A stretch of DNA of 12,503 bases, from NCBI RefSeq assembly GCF_013179805.1, contig NZ_SRRZ01000172.1, forward strand, positions 1-12,503. Reading direction: 5' to 3'. The position numbers and the translations under genes are program-made. This document shows positions 3,930-9,462 of this stretch, piece by piece (position 1 is the first letter of the stretch; each line of letters opens with the position of its first letter). Source of the DNA: Microcoleus asticus IPMA8 (lineage in GTDB: Bacteria > Cyanobacteriota > Cyanobacteriia > Cyanobacteriales > Microcoleaceae). The notes beneath the pieces were generated by a model that was given only the letters and a program-made list of their open reading frames with translations, ran no database searches and had not been told where the DNA came from.

Positions 3930-6101
3930 ATGCAGCAGTTGCACGGATTGTTGCAGGATGGAAGCCGCGTTGCCATTGCCGCTGCGTCGGGAATGGGCGG
4001 CATCGGCAAGACAGAATTGGTATGGCAGTATGCAACTTTTCACCGCGAACAGAACACCTATTCAGCGGGGATTTGGTGGCTGTTTGTCCGGGACAACGAT
4101 TTAGCGCCCCAGGTGTTGCAGAAAGCGCTGCGAATGGGAATTCAGCCGCCGGATACTCTCGACAATCTGGAGGAACGGTTGCAGTTTTGCTACGAAGAGT
4201 GGGCAAAACAAACCTCTGGCAATGCTCTGCTGGTATTGGATGATGTCAACGATTACCGCAGGGTGGAGCGGTTGCTGCCTAGAAATCCCCGCTTTAAAGT
4301 GTTGCTGACAGCGCGACAAATTGTGCCCCCGCCTGTGGGGTGTTTGCCGTTAAAAGTGTTGAAACCAGAGGCGGCGCTAAACTTGCTGCGGCTGACGGCA
4401 GGGGATTTGCCGGGAAACCGACTGGGTTTAAATATTGATGCCCAGCTTGAAGATGCTCAAGCACTTTGTCAGTGGTTGGATTATTTGCCTTTGGGCATCG
4501 AACTGGTGGGGCGCTATTTGCGACGCAAGCGGGCGCTGTCCTTGGCAACAGTGCTGCAACGGTTGCAGAGTCAGCGATTGGAGGCGCGGGCATTGCAGGA
4601 GGCGGAAGCTGGGATGACGGCTAGGCGCGGAGTGGCGGCAGCTTTTGAGTTGAGTTGGGCGGAGTTGAAACCTCCCGCGCGGACGCTGGGGTGTCTGCTG
4701 AGCGTGTTTGCTCTGGCTCCGATTCCTTGGGAGTTGGTAGCCGAGTGTTTGCCGGATTGGGATGAGGAGGAGATGGAGGATTGTCGGGATTACGAACTGC
4801 TGGAACAGAGTTTGCTGTCGCTGGTGGAGGATGAAACCTCTGATCCAGCTCAATCTGGGCTGGTGCAGCCACGCTATCAACTTCATGCTTTGATTCGGGA
4901 GTTTTTTGCGGCCAAATTGCAGGGACACGCCGATGCTGAGAATTTGCGGAGAAGTTTTGCGGCGGTGCTGACAGCGGTGGCGAAGACGATTCCGCAGACT
5001 GTGACGCTGGAGGTGCAGGAACGGGTGAAGGAGGCGTTGCCTCATTTGGATGTGGTGGCGGAGCAATGGTCACATCTGCTGGAAGATAGTGATGCTGTGT
5101 GGTCTTTCACGGTTTTGGGGCTGATTGCTAAGGGACAGAGTTTGTGGGCAGAGGCAGAAAAGTGGTTCAAAGCTTGCCTCCAGATGACAGAGAAACGTTG
5201 CGGAGCCGAACATTCCCTTACGGCAAAGAGTTTGAACAATCTGGCATTGCTGTACGATGCAATGGGACGCTACCCAGAGGCGGAACCCTTGTATGTGCGA
5301 TCGCTCTCTATTTACGAGCAGCAGCTCGGAGCCGACCATCCCGATACAGCTCTGAGTTTGAACAATCTGGCAGCCCTGTACTATGCAATGGGTCGCTACG
5401 CGGAAGCGGAACCTTTGTATGTGCGATCGTTCTCGATTTACGAGCAGCAGCTAGGAGGCGATCATCCCAATACGGCTACGACTTTGAGCAATCAGGCAGA
5501 GCTATACCGTGCGATGGGACGCTACCCAGAAGCGGAACCCTTGTATGTACGCTCGCTCGCCATCAGGGAGCAGCAGCTCGGAGCGGAACATCCCGATACA
5601 GCTCTGAGTTTGAACAATCAGGCATTGCTGTACCATGCAATGGGTCGCTACCCGGAGGCGGAACCCTTGTATGTGCGAGCGATCGCGATCAGAGAGCAAA
5701 AGCTCGGAGCAGAAGATCCCTATACGGCAACGAGTTTGAACAATCTGGCACAACTATACAGTGCAATGGGACGTTACCAGGAGGCGGAACCCTTGTCTAT
5801 TCGATCGCTCTCTATCCATGAGCAACAGCTCGGAGCCGACCATCTCCATACGGCAAGTAGTTTGAACAATCTGGCAGCGCTGTATTGTGCAATGGGACGC
5901 TACCCGGAAGCAGAACCCCTGTATGTGCGATCATTAGAAATTTTGTTTAACCGATTGGGGAAGAATCATCCCAACACCCAAAGAGTTTGTAGGAATTTCA
6001 TTAATTTTCTCCAGAAGGCGATATCAGCGGGTCAAGAGTCGCAACTGTCGCAGCATCCAACAACGCAAGCAATGCTTCAGCAACTTCGGGAGACGGAGTA
6101 G
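3930..6101 (+). CDS. NB-ARC (STAND/AP-ATPase) NTPase with a C-terminal TPR array (NLR-like protein); the true N-terminus probably lies upstream of 3930
   Basis: Walker A GMGGIGKT (3990-4013), Walker B LLVLDDV (4227-4247), KVLLTAR (RNBS-B-like), LPLGIELVG (GLPL-like) and LHALIREFF (MHD-like, from 4881). These are followed by 7 TPR_10/12-type 42-aa repeats (about 5103-5984). Confidence 0.92.
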   Translation: MQQLHGLLQDGSRVAIAAASGMGGIGKTELVWQYATFHREQNTYSAGIWWLFVRDNDLAPQVLQKALRMGIQPPDTLDNLEERLQFCYEEWAKQTSGNALLVLDDVNDYRRVERLLPRNPRFKVLLTARQIVPPPVGCLPLKVLKPEAALNLLRLTAGDLPGNRLGLNIDAQLEDAQALCQWLDYLPLGIELVGRYLRRKRALSLATVLQRLQSQRLEARALQEAEAGMTARRGVAAAFELSWAELKPPARTLGCLLSVFALAPIPWELVAECLPDWDEEEMEDCRDYELLEQSLLSLVEDETSDPAQSGLVQPRYQLHALIREFFAAKLQGHADAENLRRSFAAVLTAVAKTIPQTVTLEVQERVKEALPHLDVVAEQWSHLLEDSDAVWSFTVLGLIAKGQSLWAEAEKWFKACLQMTEKRCGAEHSLTAKSLNNLALLYDAMGRYPEAEPLYVRSLSIYEQQLGADHPDTALSLNNLAALYYAMGRYAEAEPLYVRSFSIYEQQLGGDHPNTATTLSNQAELYRAMGRYPEAEPLYVRSLAIREQQLGAEHPDTALSLNNQALLYHAMGRYPEAEPLYVRAIAIREQKLGAEDPYTATSLNNLAQLYSAMGRYQEAEPLSIRSLSIHEQQLGADHLHTASSLNNLAALYCAMGRYPEAEPLYVRSLEILFNRLGKNHPNTQRVCRNFINFLQKAISAGQESQLSQHPTTQAMLQQLRETE
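5229..5984 (+). repeat. Six in-frame tandem 126-bp repeats (42-aa TPR units), highly similar at the DNA level
   Basis: Units start at 5229, 5355, 5481, 5607, 5733 and 5859, exactly 126 bp apart. The consensus is SLNNLAxLYxAMGRYPEAEPLYVRSLSIxEQQLGADHPDTAx. A degenerate unit precedes the array at 5103-5228. Confidence 0.9.
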
Positions 6102-6140
6102 CTGTTGCTGCTAGAGCGATTATTGCCAACTTCCTACAAA

Positions 6141-6240
6141 ACTTACGCATGGGGTCCAGAAACCGGGTTTTTTCCATAATACTTCGTTACAGCTTGCAGA
6201 TAAGGCAAAAAACCCGGTTTCTTTGACGAAGCGCATAAGT
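6141..6240. repeat. 100-bp imperfect palindromic element with a perfect 16-bp inner inverted repeat
   Basis: AGAAACCGGGTTTTTT (6158-6173) is the exact reverse complement of AAAAAACCCGGTTTCT (6207-6222), with a 33-nt spacer. Outer arms ACTTACGC (6141-6148) and GCATAAGT (6233-6240) match 7/8. Confidence 0.6.
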
Positions 6241-6282
6241 CTCGATCGCATTAAAAAGAGGTAAGTTGTGATTTTTCGTTGG

Positions 6283-6345
6283 GTGGGGGCGGGTTTTTGA
6301 GATTGTCTATCTGTGTCATAAAGGGTTGGAAAAACCCGCCCCCAC
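6283..6345. repeat. Second long inverted repeat, perfect 16-bp arms with a 31-nt spacer
   Basis: GTGGGGGCGGGTTTTT (6283-6298) is the exact reverse complement of AAAAACCCGCCCCCAC (6330-6345). It shares the CGGGTTTTT...AAAAACCCG core and the overall architecture with the element at 6158-6222. Confidence 0.6.
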
Positions 6346-6392
6346 AGGTCGATCGAGGATGTGCGATATCTCAGATTTTACGGTTAATTCCC

Positions 6393-7901
6393 CTACTTCA
6401 TCTCATATCCAAACAAATTCGGATCGACTTCACCCAAATTCAAATCAGCCAAACCATACTCAGCCCAACGCCGATCGACCATCGCGGCCACATCCGGATC
6501 GGACTCCAAAACTTCACCCCATTCGTGATCGGTTTCCGGCGGCATCTTCGTAGTAGCATCAATCCCCATTCTGCCTCCCAAACCAATCTTTTCACTGGCA
6601 AAATCTAACGTATCAAAAGGCGTATTCGGCAGAATAAATACATCCCGAACCGGATCGACTTTAGAACTAATTGCCCAAACTACTTGACGCGGGTCGCGAA
6701 TGTTGATACTTTTATCGACAACAATCACAAACTTAGTGTAAGTAAACTGCGGTAATGCACTCCAAAATGCTAAAGCAGCCCTGCGCGCTTGACCGGGATA
6801 TGCTTTATCAATCGAGATAATTGCGGCTTTATAACTCAGGGCTTCCATCGGTAAGAAGAAATCGACAATTTCCGATACTTGCTGCCGCAAAATAGGGGTA
6901 TAAATACGGTTAAGCGCGATCGCCATCATTGCTTCTTCTTTCGGCGGCCGCCCGCTAAATGTCGTCAGATAAATCGGGTCTTTGCGGTGCGTCATGCAGT
7001 GGAACCGCACCAACGGCGAATCTTCCACGCCGCCGTAATAACCCATGTGATCGCCGAAGGGCCCGTCGGGCAGAACTTCCCCCGGCGTAATCGTTCCTTC
7101 TAACACAATTTCCGAGTCCGCCGGTACTTCCAAATCTACGGTTTTGCACTTCGCCAATTGCACGCCGGAACCGCCGTAAAGTCCCGCAAATAACCATTCC
7201 GATAAATCTACAGGAATTGGGGTTGCTGCGGCGAGAATAATCAGGGGATCGACTCCCAGGGCGATCGCAATTTCCAACTTTTTACCAGCCTGCGCCGCTT
7301 TCCGTAAGTGTCGCGCCCCGCCCCGCACCGATAACCAGTGTACAGTCATCGTGTTTTTTGACTGCAACTGCAACCGATAAACCCCCACATTCGGAGTGCC
7401 CGTTTCGCAATCTTTGGTAATTACCAAACCCAGGGTGATAATTTTGCCCGCATCTCCCGAATAAGGGCGAATCATCGGGATTTTGTTCAAATCCACCCCT
7501 TCTCCCTCAAATACCACTTGCTGACAAGCTGGGAAAAAGTTGCGGCCGGGTTTGGCTTTCACTACGTCAAACAGCACTTTGCCGAATTCTATCGCTTGGG
7601 AAATCTTTTTCGGCGGTTTTGGCTGTTGCAGCATTCCCAGTTTTTTGCCGAGCTCTTCTAGTTCGATCGGCTTTTCCATGTTCATCGCCCAGCAAACGCG
7701 CTCTTCCGTACCCAACAGGTTAATGGCGACGGGGAAATCTGCCCCTTTGACGTTTTCAAACAGCAATCCAGGGCCGCCTTTTTGCAGCATTTGGTTGGAA
7801 ATTTCGGCAATTTCGAGGTCGGAATCGACTAAGGCGCTAATCCGGCGCAGTTGTCCCCGTTCTTCGAGCAGTTTTAGGAATCCCCGCAAGTCTCTTGCCA
7901 T
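6393..7901 (-). CDS. ubiD: UbiD-family (de)carboxylase, 4-hydroxy-3-polyprenylbenzoate decarboxylase-like (plastoquinone pathway in cyanobacteria)
   Basis: The 502-aa length and the N-terminus MARDLRGFLKLLEERGQLRRISALVDSDLEIAEI are typical of UbiD. Conserved blocks GVYRLQ, HWL..RGGARH and GPFGDHMGYY are present. Confidence 0.92.
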   Translation of the reverse strand: MARDLRGFLKLLEERGQLRRISALVDSDLEIAEISNQMLQKGGPGLLFENVKGADFPVAINLLGTEERVCWAMNMEKPIELEELGKKLGMLQQPKPPKKISQAIEFGKVLFDVVKAKPGRNFFPACQQVVFEGEGVDLNKIPMIRPYSGDAGKIITLGLVITKDCETGTPNVGVYRLQLQSKNTMTVHWLSVRGGARHLRKAAQAGKKLEIAIALGVDPLIILAAATPIPVDLSEWLFAGLYGGSGVQLAKCKTVDLEVPADSEIVLEGTITPGEVLPDGPFGDHMGYYGGVEDSPLVRFHCMTHRKDPIYLTTFSGRPPKEEAMMAIALNRIYTPILRQQVSEIVDFFLPMEALSYKAAIISIDKAYPGQARRAALAFWSALPQFTYTKFVIVVDKSINIRDPRQVVWAISSKVDPVRDVFILPNTPFDTLDFASEKIGLGGRMGIDATTKMPPETDHEWGEVLESDPDVAAMVDRRWAEYGLADLNLGEVDPNLFGYEMK

Positions 7902-8077
7902 TGTTGTTAAAGAAATGTTAAGTGTCCCTACTATTATGCGGCGATCGGGGGATGGAGTGCGGGGTGGGAGCGATCGGGCGATCGCTAAATAAATTTCTAT
8001 TGTTATCGTTAGTCTATGAGTTGGTATTTCTCAGATTCATCAAAAATTGACTTTAGCTAATTTTTATTAGCAATACT

Positions 8078-8107
8078 CTTAACCATAATTTAAACAAAGC
8101 TTATTCT
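8078..8107 (+). promoter_or_regulatory. Pho box set 1: three 8-bp direct repeats at 11-bp spacing (CTTAACCA taa TTTAAACA aag CTTATTCT)
   Basis: Fits the cyanobacterial SphR/PhoB box pattern of PyTTAAPyPy(T/A) repeats separated by 3-bp A/T-rich linkers. The first unit is exact and units 2 and 3 each have one mismatch. It lies upstream of pstS. Confidence 0.55.
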
Positions 8108-8125
8108 AATATTATTTAATCTACT

Positions 8126-8155
8126 ATTAACCAAAATTTAAAACAAGCTTATTCT
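8126..8155 (+). promoter_or_regulatory. Pho box set 2: ATTAACCA aaa TTTAAAAC aag CTTATTCT
   Basis: Near-identical copy of set 1, 48 bp downstream, with the same 8+3 periodicity. It ends about 80 bp upstream of the pstS ATG. Confidence 0.55.
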
Positions 8156-8235
8156 ATTAAATCTCTTTCCTTGGGGGTTTCAGTCTATCCTATGGAGGAG
8201 ATTTGCAAAGTCGGCTATTAAGGGAGAGGAGGAAT

Positions 8236-9264
8236 ATGAATTTTTTCACAGGACGTTGGCGACGTAGTTTTATAGTGATACTAGCAGCAGCAGCATTTTC
8301 GCTGACTTTGATTAGTTCCGCTGTAGCTGCTGTAACCCTAAATGGTTCGGGAGCAACTTTCCCTAAACCTCTTTACGATCGCTACTTCTCTCAGATGAGA
8401 AGTGCAAATCAAATTACTGTAAACTACGAAGGAACCGGCAGCGGTGCTGGCATCAAAGCATTAATTACAGGCACTGTTGATTTCGCAGGCAGCGACGCGC
8501 TGATGACTGCTGCACAAATAGCCGAAGTAAAGCGCGGCGTCATGGCGATTCCGACTGCTGGCGGTGCTGTTGCAGTTGTTTATAACTTGCCCGGAGTGAC
8601 CAATCTGAGGCTAAATAAGGATGCCATGAACGGCATCTTTGAAGGCAAGATTACTCGCTGGAATGATGCGAAAATAGCCGGAATTTCTGGACAAGCTAAA
8701 AACTTGCCAAATACTCCCATTCGAGTAGCTGTACGCGCAGATAGCAGCGGTACAACCTTTATTTTTGCTAACCACTTGCAGGCAACTGGTAGCAGCATCA
8801 AAGCTGCCGCGCAACCGAAGTGGCCCGGAAGCCCTGTCAGCGGTCAAGGAAACCCCGGCGTAGCTGCTTTGGTGAAGAATACAGCGGGTGCGATCGGCTA
8901 CGTTCAAGATACTTATGCTCGGCAAAACAATCTCCAAACAGCATTTATTCAAAATAAAGCTGGCCGATTTGTAGATCCTAGCTTGGCTGAAGCAGAGAAA
9001 GCTTTAGCAGGGGAAACATTCCCCGCAGATTTCCGCTTAGTAGAAGGCAATCCTAACGACGGTTATCCGATTGTTGGTTTGACTTGGCTGTTAATCTACA
9101 AACAGTATCCTGCTGCGAAAGCAGAGGCTATTAAAAAGATGGTTAATTGGGTGATGACTACAGGTCAAGGTATCAACAAACAGCTAGAGTATACTACAAT
9201 TCCTTCAGCTACAGCTCAAAAGGTGGTTCAAACAGTTAATCAGACTGTGGTTGCCAGAGGTTAA
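8236..9264 (+). CDS. pstS: Phosphate ABC transporter substrate-binding protein PstS
   Basis: I prefer ATG 8236, preceded by AGGGAGAGGAGG, over the track's TTG 8203. An N-terminal signal peptide ends in AVA-AV. The mature protein has LNGSGATFP, GTGSGAGI and DSSGTT motifs typical of PstS, and pstCAB follow. Confidence 0.92.
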   Translation: MNFFTGRWRRSFIVILAAAAFSLTLISSAVAAVTLNGSGATFPKPLYDRYFSQMRSANQITVNYEGTGSGAGIKALITGTVDFAGSDALMTAAQIAEVKRGVMAIPTAGGAVAVVYNLPGVTNLRLNKDAMNGIFEGKITRWNDAKIAGISGQAKNLPNTPIRVAVRADSSGTTFIFANHLQATGSSIKAAAQPKWPGSPVSGQGNPGVAALVKNTAGAIGYVQDTYARQNNLQTAFIQNKAGRFVDPSLAEAEKALAGETFPADFRLVEGNPNDGYPIVGLTWLLIYKQYPAAKAEAIKKMVNWVMTTGQGINKQLEYTTIPSATAQKVVQTVNQTVVARG

Positions 9265-9360
9265 TTTGGGCGATCGCACAGGGTTAGGAGTTTACGAGTT
9301 AAATGTAGGACTCAAAACTCAGAAATTATCAAGTTAATGTGCGCTAGATTTACTGTGTAA

Positions 9361-9377
9361 GGTGCGCTGTGCGCACC
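9361..9377 (+). other. GC-rich hairpin GGTGCGC-tgt-GCGCACC (pstS-pstC intergenic region)
   Basis: Perfect 7-bp stem with a 3-nt loop and no following U-tract. A near-identical copy lies 27 bp downstream. Confidence 0.6.
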
Positions 9378-9387
9378 CTACAAACCA

Positions 9388-9404
9388 GGTGCGCAGCGCG
9401 CACC
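9388..9404 (+). other. GC-rich hairpin GGTGCGC-agc-GCGCACC (second copy)
   Basis: Perfect 7-bp stem with a 3-nt loop. Both copies are followed by C, giving GCGCACCC. Confidence 0.6.
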
Positions 9405-9462
9405 CAGCCCATTAAATTACTCGTCTTGCAAGCAAATATTTCACTTTTTACGCGATTCCGGT

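Larger units (their letters stand above)
3334..6101 (+). other. Inferred single reading unit (922 aa conceptually): N-terminal module + NB-ARC + TPR, interrupted by a 1-nt frame discontinuity at the A6 tract 3813-3818
   Basis: The frame of ORF 3930 is open from 3804 and encodes ...LERKTPNPGFTSFYQLYDIPSELGSKNFVGRDEEM upstream of the first ATG. There is no ATG, GTG or TTG between 3804 and 3929. It may be annotated as a frameshifted pseudogene or as two CDSs. Confidence 0.6.

Noticed and set aside
3334-3950. Bell-domain/amyloid-signalling (BASS-type) pair: a small protein whose C-terminal motif is repeated at the NLR N-terminus
   Set aside because: I compared the C-terminus of the 163-aa protein (GVISTNFPFLGISYEAEVDTEELF...) with the 37 residues preceding the NB-ARC domain (GFTSFYQLYDIPSELGSKNF) and found no convincing shared motif. 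The frame relationship points to one fused protein rather than two partners.
3856-5339. Minus-strand and alternative-frame ORFs inside the NLR gene (3856..4206, 3910..4104, 4022..4243, 4101..4319, 4294..4593, 4428..5066, 4435..4617, 4621..5073, 5042..5239, 5070..5339)
   Set aside because: All are nested within a frame that carries complete NB-ARC motifs. Their products are P/R/Q/S-rich low-complexity strings with no start-site context.
5144-5821. ORFs 5144..5821 (+) and 5502..5753 (-), and the possibility that the 126-bp periodicity marks a CRISPR array
   Set aside because: The periodic units are contiguous with no unique spacers, are in frame, and encode canonical TPR helices. The alternative-frame ORFs stay open only because the repeat lacks stops in those frames.
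6158-6345. Reading the two 16-bp inverted repeats as classical bidirectional rho-independent terminators
   Set aside because: The loops are 31-33 nt, and the T/A runs lie on the loop side of the stems, so neither strand has a stem followed by a U-tract. I kept them as repeat elements instead.
6279-7992. ORFs 6279..6608, 6326..6553, 6879..7103, 6955..7197 and 7540..7992 overlapping ubiD
   Set aside because: They are shadow ORFs within or opposite a full-length, well-conserved UbiD frame, with low-complexity products. ORF 7540..7992 runs antisense across the ubiD start into the promoter region and has no ribosome-binding site.
8203-8235. TTG 8203 as the pstS start and TTG 2412 as the DUF4058 start, as in the ORF track
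   Set aside because: In both cases a downstream ATG has a strong Shine-Dalgarno sequence at proper spacing (AGGGAGAGGAGG before 8236, AGGAG before 2391). Those ATGs also give N-termini typical of the family.
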